Numbered from the stretch's first letter, positions 27,755 to 38,286 are shown. The stretch is DNA of 64,000 nucleotides from Longimicrobiales bacterium (GCA_041690395.1 JAWLHJ010000005.1:192001-256000), one strand, 5' to 3'. Translations and numbers: made by a program. Notes: generated by a model from the sequence alone, not told the origin.

Positions 27755-28347
27755 TCTCCCGGGTGGGCGGCACCCTGCTCACGCGCCAGCCCGACCGGGT
27801 CGAGATCGAGACGTCCGGGGGCGTCGTATACGAGATCGAGATCCCGCTGACGGTCTTCCAGAAGATCCCGCAGGTGGGCTCCGCGATTTCGCTTCGGACC
27901 TACCAGGTGGTGACGGATTCGTCCGTCGCCCTGTACGGCTTCATGGAGGCCGCGGAACGGACGTTGTTCCAGCGGCTGCTCGGCGCTTCCGGTGTGGGCG
28001 CGAAGGTCGCGCTGGCCATGATGTCGACCTACCAGGTCGAGCGTCTCGCCCGTGCCCTGGTGGAGAAGGACATCACGGCGCTGCAGCAGGTGACCGGCAT
28101 CGGGAAGAAGAAGGCCGAGAAGATCGCGCTCGAGCTCTCGGACAAGGTCGAGGATCTCGCGATCGTCACGCCGGGACGCGGCGAGGACGGCGCCGCTGCC
28201 GGGACCCAGGCTGCGATCAAGGCGCTCGTGGCGCTCGGCTACACCTTCTCCGAGGCCGACCAGGCCGTGCGCGCGGTGATCGCGGAGGGCGTTCCGGACA
28301 GCACGGACGCGCTCATCCGGAAGGCTCTGGCCGAGCGGGGGAAGTAG
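27751..28347 (+). CDS. ruvA: Holliday junction branch migration protein RuvA
   Basis: MISRVGG, LYGF, SGVGAKVA, GIGKKKAEKI, ALVALGY. Confidence 0.95.
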   Translation: MISRVGGTLLTRQPDRVEIETSGGVVYEIEIPLTVFQKIPQVGSAISLRTYQVVTDSSVALYGFMEAAERTLFQRLLGASGVGAKVALAMMSTYQVERLARALVEKDITALQQVTGIGKKKAEKIALELSDKVEDLAIVTPGRGEDGAAAGTQAAIKALVALGYTFSEADQAVRAVIAEGVPDSTDALIRKALAERGK

Positions 28348-28407
28348 GAGCGGACGCGGGGAACGAGCGCGAGGCACGCGCCTCGCCCCCCGCGCTCGCC
28401 ACGCCGC

Positions 28408-30489
28408 TTACTCGATCTTCGCGAACCGCACGTCCCGGGTCCGCCCGTTCGACATGTAGAAGCCGATGACCTCGCCGTTCCGGTCTCGCTCGAAGGAGAG
28501 GGTCAGGTTCCCGCCGGAGAACGTGTCTTCGGCACCGGGCGTGAGCGTCGCGTCGTCCAGGCGGCGGTGCTGGAGCACCAGATGTGGACCAGGAGCATCG
28601 TCGTCGCCCTCGACGGCGCCCTCCGCGTCCTCTTCCGCATCGGCCGCCCGGTCACCCCCGGCCATCTCCAGGGTGACGTCGAAGAACGTCTCGAGCTCCT
28701 CGCTGAAGTAGCGACCCACGAAGTCGGGCAGCTCCTCCGCGTCGGGCTCCCATGCGTCTGCGGCCGCGCCGTCGAGCCGGGTGGCGTGCTGGGTCTGGCC
28801 GCCCTGCGTCAGCGTCACCCCGTCCACCTCCCCGTCGTCGTTCCGATGGAACGCCACGGACGCTTCGACGACCGTGAGGGAGAACGTCGTGTCCGAGGTG
28901 GGCTCGATCTCGACCCGCGGCTGACCGGTGACCTGGGTGTAGAGCGTCTCACCCTCGCGCGAGAAGGTGAGGACGACGTTCGGCGCGGCGTCGAGTGCGT
29001 AGCGGCCCGCGAGCTCGTCGAAGGCTTCGGGCTCGTACGACGCCGGATCGAAGGCCTCGTCCTCGGCCGTGGCCGTCGGCTCTTCGGGCTCCATGGCGTC
29101 CTCGAAGAACGCCTCGGCGATACGGAACGCCACGTTGCTGTTGAAGCCGGCGTGGTTGCTCTGGGTCGTGATGCCGGCCTCGATCTCGGGGTAGTAGGCG
29201 ACCATGGAGCGGTGCGCGATGTCCGCACCGCCGTGATGGACCCTGCGGAGCCCACGGTGCTCGTCGATGAACACGCCGTAGCCGTAGTCGGTGGTGTCGC
29301 CGTCGGCGAGCACGTAGGGCGTCATCATCTCGTCGATCATCGCGGGCGTTCCGACCTGGGGGTTCGCGTAGTTCTCGACCCAGGTCTGCAGGTCCCCGAC
29401 CGTCGCGTAGATCCCGCCGGCTCCGACGGCCGCACCCAGGTCGCGGATCTCCGTGAACCCGTCCGGACCGGGCGCGTATCCCTGCGACCGATTCGGGACG
29501 ATCGCCGCGGGGTGGGGCCGGACCATCGTCCCGGACATCCCGAGGGGCTCGAAGACGTTCCGCTCCTTGTACTCGTGGAACGGCATGCCGGACGTGCGCT
29601 CGACGACGAGGGCCGCGAGTGCGAAGGCCGTGTTGTTGTAGTTGAACTCGGCGCCGGGGACGTTCTGGAGCTTCGGCTGATTCTTCACCACGGTGAGGAT
29701 CTCGTCGCGATCGACGTAGTCGCCCAGGTCGATACGCCGGCCGGTCATGATCAGCAGGTTGAAGATCTCCCGCAGCCCGGAGGTGTGGGTGAGGAGGTGC
29801 CGGACCGTGATGGGCTCGTCGAAGGCGGGCAGCTCGGGCACGTGCTCCCGGATGTCGTCGTCGAGGGACAGCGCGCCGCGCTCGGCCTCGAGCATCACCG
29901 CGAACGCCGTGAACTGCTTCGAGCTGGAGCCGATGTTCGTGCGGGTGTCGGTCTCGAAGGGGATCCCGTATGCGAGGTTCGCCGTCCCGTACGCCCTCGA
30001 GAGGAGCGTCTCGCCGCCCCGCCACACCCGGACGGCCGCTCCCGGCGAGCCCACGTCGGCGTAGGGAGACATGAGCTGATCGACGAGCTCCTCCGGGTCT
30101 TCGGCGAGCGGCTCGAGGCGGTGGAGGGTGATGCTGAAGTCGCCTCCCTCGTCTTCGTCGGCGATGACCTGGATGACGTGACGGCCGGCTTCCCGGGTCT
30201 CGCCCGAGAAGCGGTCGAGGCCGCGCCTCGTCACGTCGACCCGCGCCACCTGCTCGCCCGCTGGATCCACGACGCGCACAACGGCATCCACCGAGATCTG
30301 ATCGACCTCACCGAAGACGTACCACTCCTCACCGGTCTCGATGGCGTATCGGGCGGTGTCTCCCGCGGCCAGGGTTCCCTGGAGGGTCTGCCCCGCCGAG
30401 AGCGGTGTCTCCTGCGCGGCCAGCTGGCCGGGGAGCCAGCAGAGAAGGAGCAGGACCAGCGGGCGGAGCGGGTTCGTGCCGTGGAGCAT
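28408..30489 (-). CDS. Secreted serine hydrolase (beta-lactamase/PBP fold) with N-terminal PPC-like and C-terminal extra domains
   Basis: SxxK (GSSSKQF), LLTHTSG, YNN, HHGG; signal peptide. Confidence 0.88.
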   Translation of the reverse strand: MLHGTNPLRPLVLLLLCWLPGQLAAQETPLSAGQTLQGTLAAGDTARYAIETGEEWYVFGEVDQISVDAVVRVVDPAGEQVARVDVTRRGLDRFSGETREAGRHVIQVIADEDEGGDFSITLHRLEPLAEDPEELVDQLMSPYADVGSPGAAVRVWRGGETLLSRAYGTANLAYGIPFETDTRTNIGSSSKQFTAFAVMLEAERGALSLDDDIREHVPELPAFDEPITVRHLLTHTSGLREIFNLLIMTGRRIDLGDYVDRDEILTVVKNQPKLQNVPGAEFNYNNTAFALAALVVERTSGMPFHEYKERNVFEPLGMSGTMVRPHPAAIVPNRSQGYAPGPDGFTEIRDLGAAVGAGGIYATVGDLQTWVENYANPQVGTPAMIDEMMTPYVLADGDTTDYGYGVFIDEHRGLRRVHHGGADIAHRSMVAYYPEIEAGITTQSNHAGFNSNVAFRIAEAFFEDAMEPEEPTATAEDEAFDPASYEPEAFDELAGRYALDAAPNVVLTFSREGETLYTQVTGQPRVEIEPTSDTTFSLTVVEASVAFHRNDDGEVDGVTLTQGGQTQHATRLDGAAADAWEPDAEELPDFVGRYFSEELETFFDVTLEMAGGDRAADAEEDAEGAVEGDDDAPGPHLVLQHRRLDDATLTPGAEDTFSGGNLTLSFERDRNGEVIGFYMSNGRTRDVRFAKIE

Positions 30490-30538
30490 GGTGCGCCTCG
30501 TGTGCGATGGGGGCTGTCGAGCCACCCTCACATACGGC

Positions 30539-31513
30539 TCACGCGCGCTCGGCCTTCAGCTCTCCTCGCGCCCGCCTCCGGACCATGCGGCTGAAGAGGC
30601 TGAGCTCCTGGTCGAAGACGAAGCGCAGGAGGAGCCCCGTCCACGATCCGTGGTACTCGAGGCCTTCGTAGTACTCGGGCGCCGCCTCCTTGAGGTGCGG
30701 CAGCCGGTTCCAGGGGATGGACGGGAAGTCGTGGTGCTCGTTGTGATAGCCCACGTTCATCGCCACGACGTTCGCGAGGCCGTAGTAGCTGTAGGTCTCC
30801 TGGGGATCGCTGGTCAGGTAGTGTTCCTGGATCCAGCGGGCGCCGAGCGGATGGAGGCCCACGGCGAAGAAGAACGAGGCGAGCAGGTAGCCGACGGCAC
30901 CCCATCCCCAGAGAACGACGACGGACGAAGCGACGAGCGCCGCGCTCCCCCAGTTGAGCAGGACCCAGCGGTTCAGGAAGGCGATCTGCTTGAGGCGTGG
31001 AGGGCGGGTCAGCTGGAAGACGGGGAACAGCAGCAGCCACAGGCTCTTCCCGAGCGCGCCGCACCCGATCAGGCGCGCCTCCCAGCGGCTCGGCAGGTCG
31101 GCGTCCAGGTCGTAGACGCCCTGGTGCGCGTGATGCATGAGGTGGTATCCCCGGAAGGAGATCGCGGCGGGAAGCACGTTCACCACGTCGGCCAGGATCC
31201 CGGCCACGTGGTTCTGCCAACGCCGCTCGAAGATCAGGTTGTGCGCCGCCTCGTGGATCATGACGTACATCGCGTGGTTCACGAATGCGCCGACGAGCCA
31301 CGCGACGGCGAGGATCGCCCACCACGGCGCACCGGCGAGCCGCCACGCGAGGGTCATCTGCAGCGCAACGCCCGCGACGATGATGCCGAACGACCACGGA
31401 TTCCGCCCGATCAACTCCCTCACCTCGGGGTGATCCCGGAGGATGTCCCGCGTGCGGAGGTGGTGCGGCTCGGGTGTGTCGACGACGCGGAACGCGCCGT
31501 TCTCTCTTGCCAT
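30539..31513 (-). CDS. Membrane desaturase, sphingolipid delta-4 desaturase/hydroxylase (DEGS/DES1)-like
   Basis: His boxes HEAAH, HLMHH, HNEHH; EPHHLRTRDILRDHPEV, GLHPLGARWIQEHY, ETYSYYG, DFPSIPW. Confidence 0.85.
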   Translation of the reverse strand: MARENGAFRVVDTPEPHHLRTRDILRDHPEVRELIGRNPWSFGIIVAGVALQMTLAWRLAGAPWWAILAVAWLVGAFVNHAMYVMIHEAAHNLIFERRWQNHVAGILADVVNVLPAAISFRGYHLMHHAHQGVYDLDADLPSRWEARLIGCGALGKSLWLLLFPVFQLTRPPRLKQIAFLNRWVLLNWGSAALVASSVVVLWGWGAVGYLLASFFFAVGLHPLGARWIQEHYLTSDPQETYSYYGLANVVAMNVGYHNEHHDFPSIPWNRLPHLKEAAPEYYEGLEYHGSWTGLLLRFVFDQELSLFSRMVRRRARGELKAERA

Positions 31514-31666
31514 GGGGTGCTCGGACTTCGGGGACGCGTAGGAGCCGCCGGGAGGGCCGGAAGCTACCCGGCGAAGGGTATCGTGCAACCCACACCATGT
31601 GCCCGTCCGCGGGGGCGCCCGTATACTCCCAGGGAACGAACCGTGACCCGAGACATTCCGAGGACC

Positions 31667-32959
31667 ATGTTCCGTACGCTATTGAAGATCGCGGCCGCGA
31701 TCGCCCTCTTCGCGCCCTCCGTCGCCGCCCAGCAGCTCTCATCCGAGGAGTCCCGCATCGTCGAGGCCGTCTCGGCGAACCAGGCCGAGGCGGTGGCCCT
31801 GCTGGAGGAGACGGTCAACATCAACAGCGGCACGCTGAACGTCGAGGGCCAGCGCAGGGTCTACGACGTGACGGCACCCTACTTCGAGGCGTTGGGCTTC
31901 GACGTGCAGTACGTCCTCTCGGGCGTGGAGCAGCGGGGCGGCCACCTCGTGGCCACCCGGACGGGCTCCCGGGGCGAGCACATCCTCCTCATCGGTCACA
32001 TGGACACCGTGTTCGAGGAGGACAGCCCCTTCCAGCGATGGGAGATGGTGAACGACAGCGTGGCGCGTGGGCCGGGCGCGGCGGACATGAAAGGCGGGAA
32101 CGTGGTGATCTGGTCGGCCCTGGAGGCGCTTCACCGGGAAGGCGCGCTGGACGGCGCGTCGATTACGGTCGTGCTGACGGGTGACGAGGAGCGCCCCGGC
32201 GTGCCCGTGGACCAGGCCCGCCGTGCCCTCGTCGACGCGGGCATCGCCGCCGACGTCGCCCTGGGCTTCGAAGGCGGCACGCCCGGACTCGGCGTCGTCG
32301 CACGCCGGAGCTCTTCGTCCTGGCGGCTCGACGTGACCGCTACGACGGCTCACTCCTCCGGCGTCTTCCGTGACGGCGTCGGCGCCGGGGCGATCTACGA
32401 GGCGGGCCGGATCCTGGAGGACTTCTATTCCGAGATCCGCGGCGAGGAGAACCTGACGTTCAACGCGGCCACCATGGTGGCGGGCACCGAGGCCTCGTGG
32501 GACGACGAGGCGGCCCGGGGGAGCGCCTTCGGCAAGACGAACGTGGTCCCGCCCGTCGCGATCCTCACCGGCGACATCCGCACGCTCACCGACGAGCAGC
32601 TCGAGCGCACCCGGGACAGGATGCGCGCCATCGTCGCGCGGCCGCTTCCGGGCACCTCGTCGGAGATCACGTTCCACGACGGGTATCCGTCGATGCCCCC
32701 GACCGAAGGGAACTACGCGCTCCTGGAAGTCTTCAGCCAGGTGAGTCAGGATCTGGGTGAGGGCGCGGTCGAAGCGTTCGATCCGGGCCAGCGCGGCGCC
32801 GCGGACATCTCGTTCGTGGCAGCGCACGTGGACCGGGCCCTCGGAGGGCTCGGGCCCGACGGGAGCGGCTCCCATACCGTCGAGGAGACCGTGAACCTGC
32901 CGTCCATCGAGCGGGCGGCGCGGCGGGCTGCGGTCCTGATCTACCGACTCACACGGTGA
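31667..32959 (+). CDS. Secreted M20 peptidase (carboxypeptidase G2-like)
   Basis: VNINSGT, IGHMDTVF, ADMKGG, GDEE, GSHT. Confidence 0.88.
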   Translation: MFRTLLKIAAAIALFAPSVAAQQLSSEESRIVEAVSANQAEAVALLEETVNINSGTLNVEGQRRVYDVTAPYFEALGFDVQYVLSGVEQRGGHLVATRTGSRGEHILLIGHMDTVFEEDSPFQRWEMVNDSVARGPGAADMKGGNVVIWSALEALHREGALDGASITVVLTGDEERPGVPVDQARRALVDAGIAADVALGFEGGTPGLGVVARRSSSSWRLDVTATTAHSSGVFRDGVGAGAIYEAGRILEDFYSEIRGEENLTFNAATMVAGTEASWDDEAARGSAFGKTNVVPPVAILTGDIRTLTDEQLERTRDRMRAIVARPLPGTSSEITFHDGYPSMPPTEGNYALLEVFSQVSQDLGEGAVEAFDPGQRGAADISFVAAHVDRALGGLGPDGSGSHTVEETVNLPSIERAARRAAVLIYRLTR

Positions 32960-35217
32960 GGGAGGGGGCGGTGAGGGAGAACGGGGTGGCGCGCGTGGCC
33001 GCCGTGCTCGCATGTGCGCTGTCTCTGGTGGCGGCCGCCATGACGCCGACGCCTCTCGGCGCCCAGGACGGCGCGATCGTGGCGGCGGAAGGCGCCTCCT
33101 ACACCGAGCGCGTGGAGATCATCCGGACCGATTTCGGCGTGCCCCACATCTTCGCCGACGACCTGGGCGCCATGGGGTACGGCCTCGCCTGGGCGATGAC
33201 GGAGGACTACCGCGAGGAGGTGCTCGAGGCGCTGCTGAGCTCGAACGGCAGGTGGGCGCTCGCGACCGGCCCGGACGAGATCGACGGAGACTTCGCCGGG
33301 CGCCTCGACCACGCGTTCGCCGAGGCGAAGTATCACCTTCTGCCTGCCGACGTGCGTCAGGTCTATGCCGGCTTCGCGGCGGGGGTGAACGACTACGTGC
33401 GCGTGAACCCCGACTCCCTCCCGGACTGGGCGCGGCCCGAGTTCACGCCGCACGACGTGGCGGCTCGCGACATCGGAGTATGGGACCAGGGTGCCGTGTC
33501 CGACTTCCTCGAGCTCCGGGAAGAGCCCATCGACGATGGAGCGAACGAGGATGGCGAAGGGCGCACCGCCTCCGCTTCGGACCGGCTCCACCGTTGGCTC
33601 CAGGGCGGGGAGCGGCCGGGGGAGGGTGACCCCGAGGTGGGGTCCAACGCCTGGGCGCTGGCGCCGGAGCGCACCGCGTCCGGCAACGCCATCCTCCTCA
33701 GGAACCCGCACCTCTCCTGGACCGCGGGCTACTACGAAGCCCACGTCCGCGTGCCCGGCGTCATCGACTTCTACGGCGACTTCCGTGTGGGTGGGCCGTT
33801 CACCACCATCGGCGGGTTCAACCACCGTCTCGGGTGGGCGACGACCAACAACTATCCGGTCCTCGAGGAGATCTACGCGCTGGTGCGCGACTCGCTGAAC
33901 CCAGATGCCTACTTCTTCGACGGGGGGTCGATCGAGATCGACCGGCGGCCGGTCACGGTGGAGTACCGGCGCGAGGACGGCACCCTCGGCACCGAGACCC
34001 GTGACATGCCGCACACACCGCTCGGGCCGATCATCTACGAGGTCCCCGACACGTTCTACGTGGTGAAGGCGCATGGCCTGTCCCAGTACCGGGTGGGCGA
34101 GCAGTGGCTGCGGATGATGCAGGCCTCCACCTTCGAGGAGTGGACGGAGGGCATGAAGATCCGGGCCAAGGTGTCGTCGAACCTGACGTACGCCGACGCC
34201 GACGGGGTCATCCACCTGGTGTGGAACGCCGCGACGCCCGATCTGCCGCACGAGCCGTCGGACCATCCGGTCCTGGCCACGTCGTCGGACGACGTGTGGA
34301 CCAGCCTCTACCCGTACGACGCCCTGCCCCAGCTCACCAACCCGCCGGGCGGCTACGTCCAGAACGCGAACGATCCGCCGTACTACACGAACCTCCGCCG
34401 GATCCTGCCGCGTGAGGACTATCCGGCGCACTTCCCCGATCCGGTGCTCCGCTTCCGGTCGCAGAACTCGATCGAGCTCATCGACACCGACGACGTCCTC
34501 TCCCTGGACCAACTCGTGGAGTTGAAGCACGACATGGGGATGGTGATCGCCGACCGGATGAAGGACGACCTCGTGCGGGTCCTCCGGGCCCGTGGTGGCT
34601 GGACGGGAGATGCCGCGCGCGCTATCGAGACGTTGGCCTCGTGGGACAACACCGCGTCCCGGGGCAGCCGCGGGAGCTCCCTGTTCGAGCTGTGGGTCAA
34701 CCGGTACATGCGCGCCGTGCCGGACTCCCTCCAGTTCGACGTGCCGTGGTCGGAGGACGCTCCCATGAGGACGCCTCGCGGTGTGGGCGACCAGGACGCG
34801 GCGGTCGAGGCCTTCGAGGGCGCGCTCGCGGAGGCGGAGGAGCGATGGGGTGGCTGGGACGTGACCTGGGGTGAGGTGCATCGCATCCGGCCCGATTCGA
34901 GCGACATCGACCTGCCCGTCGGAGGGTGCGCGAGCGCACTCGGGTGCTTCCGGGTCGTCGGCTTCGAGGACGACGAGGACGGACGGTACGCCGGCTATCG
35001 CGGCGACGGGTGGGTCGTCGCGGTCGAGTTCGCCGACGTGCCCGTCGCGCGGTCGGTCCTGTTGTACGGGAACTCCGACCGGCCCGGGTCGCCCCGCTTC
35101 TACGACCAGGCGGAGCTGTTCTCGGACGAACGGATGAAGCCGGTGTTGTTCACGGTCGAGGACGTCGAGGCCGGCGTGGTGGAGCGGTACCGACCGGGGG
35201 CGGAGCTACGGCGCTGA
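32956..35217 (+). CDS. Penicillin/glutaryl acylase family Ntn hydrolase
   Basis: DFGVPHI, beta-chain N-terminus SNAWALAP, LLRNPHLSW, YVQNAND; start approximate. Confidence 0.9.
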   Translation: MREGAVRENGVARVAAVLACALSLVAAAMTPTPLGAQDGAIVAAEGASYTERVEIIRTDFGVPHIFADDLGAMGYGLAWAMTEDYREEVLEALLSSNGRWALATGPDEIDGDFAGRLDHAFAEAKYHLLPADVRQVYAGFAAGVNDYVRVNPDSLPDWARPEFTPHDVAARDIGVWDQGAVSDFLELREEPIDDGANEDGEGRTASASDRLHRWLQGGERPGEGDPEVGSNAWALAPERTASGNAILLRNPHLSWTAGYYEAHVRVPGVIDFYGDFRVGGPFTTIGGFNHRLGWATTNNYPVLEEIYALVRDSLNPDAYFFDGGSIEIDRRPVTVEYRREDGTLGTETRDMPHTPLGPIIYEVPDTFYVVKAHGLSQYRVGEQWLRMMQASTFEEWTEGMKIRAKVSSNLTYADADGVIHLVWNAATPDLPHEPSDHPVLATSSDDVWTSLYPYDALPQLTNPPGGYVQNANDPPYYTNLRRILPREDYPAHFPDPVLRFRSQNSIELIDTDDVLSLDQLVELKHDMGMVIADRMKDDLVRVLRARGGWTGDAARAIETLASWDNTASRGSRGSSLFELWVNRYMRAVPDSLQFDVPWSEDAPMRTPRGVGDQDAAVEAFEGALAEAEERWGGWDVTWGEVHRIRPDSSDIDLPVGGCASALGCFRVVGFEDDEDGRYAGYRGDGWVVAVEFADVPVARSVLLYGNSDRPGSPRFYDQAELFSDERMKPVLFTVEDVEAGVVERYRPGAELRR

Positions 35218-38142
35218 GCCGCCGAACTCCTCCAGCACCGCCTCGGCCGCCCGGGCGCGCTCGAGCATGGAGGTCGTGGGCGGATGCAGGCTCCCGGCCC
35301 GCACGCCGCCCCCTCCGTTCAGGTCTCCGTAGATGCCGCCCACGGCCCGAGCCGCCTCGCGGATGCGGGCATCGTCGGGCCCGTCGTTGGCGCTGCCCGT
35401 CATCCCCCGGGACTCCATGAGCGCGTCGAAGGCGCCCTCCATGGCCAGGAGTTTCAGCATGAAGCGCTCCCGGGTCTGATACTGGGCCAGGGTGAGGTCG
35501 AGGTCGGGCTCGCCCCGGACCTCGACGGTCTGGGTGGACGTGCCTCCCCGCGCCTCCAGCGTGAGCGTGTACGTCCCCGGCGACACCCAGGGCCCGCGCT
35601 CGTTGATCGGTCGCGGAACCTCCGGGTCGTCCCACCGCTCCCAGACGTCGTCGTCCATGTCGAGGGGATGCCGGAGGTCCCAGTTCACCCGGTGCATCCC
35701 GGCCGACGACGGCACGGTCATACGGCGAATGACCTCGCCGTCCGCGCGGGCGACCTGCAGCACCGCCGGCCCGCTCCCGGCGCCCAGCCGGTACGTCACC
35801 AGGGCGCCGTCCGGGGGATTCACGCCGTGGAACTCGGCCTGCGCCCGGTACGACGTGTCCTTCCGGTAGATCTTCATCGTGGCCGGCCCGACGCTGAACA
35901 GGTGGACCATGTCGTCGGCGCTCGCCCACTCCACGAGCGGGCGTGTGTCGTCGAGGATCCAGACGGCCTGCCCGTGCGTGCCCATCACCAGATCCTTCTC
36001 CCGGGGATGGATGAGAAGGTCGTCGTACAGCGTGGTGGGTAGGTTGGCCATCTTCGTCCACGCGGCGCCGGCATCGACCGAGACGAAGACGGCGTGCTCG
36101 GTGCCGACGAACAGCACGTCGGGGTTGTCGGGGTGCTCGACGACGTCGTTCACCGGTCCCATCTCGGGCAGCCCGGAGTGGAGAGGCTCCCACGAGGCGC
36201 CGAAGTCGGTGGTGCGGAAGAGGTAGGGGCCGAAGTCGCCGCGACGGTGCGCGTCGAAGGCCGCGTAGGCCGTCCCGAGGCTCCGGGTCGACGCCGTGAT
36301 GCGGCTGACGTACGTGCCGTCCTCGATGCCGGGCACGTTCCCCGACACTTCCGTCCAGCTTTCGCCGCTGTTCCTGGTCACCTGCAGGTTACCGTCGTCG
36401 AAGCCGACCCAGAAGATCTCGGGGGCGATGGGCGACTCGTCGAGCGTGACGGCCTCCCCGTAGCTCCCCGTTCCGTCATTGCGCGAGATGGAGATGTCGC
36501 CGCCAGCTACCCCCATGAGCGACAGCGTGTCGCGGTCGATCTGGCGGCTCAGATCCTCGGAGCGCGTCCAGCTTTCGCCGTTGTCCGTCGAGACGAACAC
36601 CCGGTTCCCTGCCACCACCAGACGGTCGGGGTCGTGCTCGGAGAGCAGCATCGGCGACGTCCAGTCGAAGCGGTACCCCTCCTCCCCGAAGCCCTCCTGG
36701 GGGCTGATGTCCAGCATGTCGCCGGTGACGAAGTCGTAGCGGAAGTACGTACCGCCGTTCGAGCTGCCGTAGCGGTAAGGGGAGCCCGGGCGGGGGTCGG
36801 CCTGCCAGTACATGCCGTCCCCGTAGCCGTTCTGCTTCCAGTCGTCGTTTACGATACCGATCCACCGACGCGTCTCCGAGGGACCCATGAACGAGTGGTT
36901 GTCCTGGAGCCCCGTGTAGACCCAGTAGGGGTCCTGCATGTCCACCGCGATGGCGTACATCTGGGAGATCGGGAAGTTGTTGACCTTCCGGAAGTTGTGC
37001 CCCCGGTCGTACGAGACGTGCAGCCCCGCGTCGCCGCCCATGATGAGGTGGTCGGGATCGCTGGGGTTGATCCACAGCGCGTGCTGGTCCGCATGAACGC
37101 CGACATCGTAGGTCGGACGCCGGGCGATCTCTGTCCAGGTCTCCCCACCGTCGTCGCTCCGGTTGGAGTTGGTGGCGAGGCTATACACCCGGTCCTCGTC
37201 GGACGGGTCGATCCAGATGTGAGAGTAGTACATGGGCCGGATGTTCAGGTCGCTCACCCGCTCCCAGGTGGCGCCGGCGTCCTCGGACCGATAGGTGCCA
37301 GTCAGCTCGTCGTCGGCGAACTCGATGAGGGCGTTCAGCACCCGCGGGTTCGACTGCGCCACGGCGACGCCGATGCGGCCCTTGTCCTCGCCGGGGATGC
37401 CGTTCGTGAGCTCGGTCCAGCTGTCGCCGCCGTCGGTGCTCTTGTAGATGCCGCTCCCGGGACCACCGCCGTTGAAGCCCCAGCTGCGCCGGAGCCGCTG
37501 GTAGGCGGCGGCGTAGATCTCGTCCGGGTTCGACTGGTTCCAGTCGAGGTCCACGACGCCGGTGTGCTCGTCGATGTAGAGCACCTTCTCCCAGGTCGCT
37601 CCGCCGTCGGTGGTGCGGTACACCCCCCGGTCTTCGCTGGGCGCCCACAGGTTCCCCTGGGCGGCCACGTAGACCACGTCGGGGTCGGTCGGGTGCACGA
37701 GCACCTCACCGATGTGCCGCGTGTTCTCGAGACCCAGGTGCCTCCACGTCTCACCGCCGTCGTCGGAGCGGTAGATGCCGTTCCCGTACGACGTGCTCTG
37801 CCGGTTGTTCTCCTCGCCGGTTCCCGCGTAGACGATGTCCGGGTTCGTCGGAGCGAGGGCCACGTCGCCGAAGGTGCTCACGGGCATGTCGGCGAAGGTG
37901 TTCACCCAGGTCTGGCCGCGGTTCTCGCTCTTCCACAGCCCGCCGGAGGCCGTGGCCACCCAAAGCATGTTGGGGTCCTCGGGGACGGATTCCACGTCGT
38001 GGACCCGGCCGCCCGTCACCGCGGGACCGATGACCCTGGGGTGGAAGGTCTCGAGGTGCGACTCGGTGAGCGCGACCTGCGCGTCACCCGCGGCGGGGAC
38101 GAGGAGCGCCGCCGGGACGAGGACGGTGAGCAGTCGATGCAT
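35206..38142 (-). CDS. VPS10/BNR-repeat beta-propeller protein (glycosyl hydrolase-like)
   Basis: Repeated SxDGGxTW boxes, GPAVTGGR, HADQHALW, GLQDN, GTHG, NWDLR; signal peptide. Confidence 0.85.
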   Translation of the reverse strand: MHRLLTVLVPAALLVPAAGDAQVALTESHLETFHPRVIGPAVTGGRVHDVESVPEDPNMLWVATASGGLWKSENRGQTWVNTFADMPVSTFGDVALAPTNPDIVYAGTGEENNRQSTSYGNGIYRSDDGGETWRHLGLENTRHIGEVLVHPTDPDVVYVAAQGNLWAPSEDRGVYRTTDGGATWEKVLYIDEHTGVVDLDWNQSNPDEIYAAAYQRLRRSWGFNGGGPGSGIYKSTDGGDSWTELTNGIPGEDKGRIGVAVAQSNPRVLNALIEFADDELTGTYRSEDAGATWERVSDLNIRPMYYSHIWIDPSDEDRVYSLATNSNRSDDGGETWTEIARRPTYDVGVHADQHALWINPSDPDHLIMGGDAGLHVSYDRGHNFRKVNNFPISQMYAIAVDMQDPYWVYTGLQDNHSFMGPSETRRWIGIVNDDWKQNGYGDGMYWQADPRPGSPYRYGSSNGGTYFRYDFVTGDMLDISPQEGFGEEGYRFDWTSPMLLSEHDPDRLVVAGNRVFVSTDNGESWTRSEDLSRQIDRDTLSLMGVAGGDISISRNDGTGSYGEAVTLDESPIAPEIFWVGFDDGNLQVTRNSGESWTEVSGNVPGIEDGTYVSRITASTRSLGTAYAAFDAHRRGDFGPYLFRTTDFGASWEPLHSGLPEMGPVNDVVEHPDNPDVLFVGTEHAVFVSVDAGAAWTKMANLPTTLYDDLLIHPREKDLVMGTHGQAVWILDDTRPLVEWASADDMVHLFSVGPATMKIYRKDTSYRAQAEFHGVNPPDGALVTYRLGAGSGPAVLQVARADGEVIRRMTVPSSAGMHRVNWDLRHPLDMDDDVWERWDDPEVPRPINERGPWVSPGTYTLTLEARGGTSTQTVEVRGEPDLDLTLAQYQTRERFMLKLLAMEGAFDALMESRGMTGSANDGPDDARIREAARAVGGIYGDLNGGGGVRAGSLHPPTTSMLERARAAEAVLEEFGGSAP

Positions 38143-38286
38143 GGTCGTGTCCTGGATGTGTGGGCTGGAAGCGGATGAGGCGTCGGGGCCCTTTCCCGAC
38201 CACGGTAGGGCGCGATCCGGCGCGGCGCCAATCGCTGTCCCGTTCCGCCGCTGCATCGACCCCCGGTGACCGCTTAGATTGCCTCC

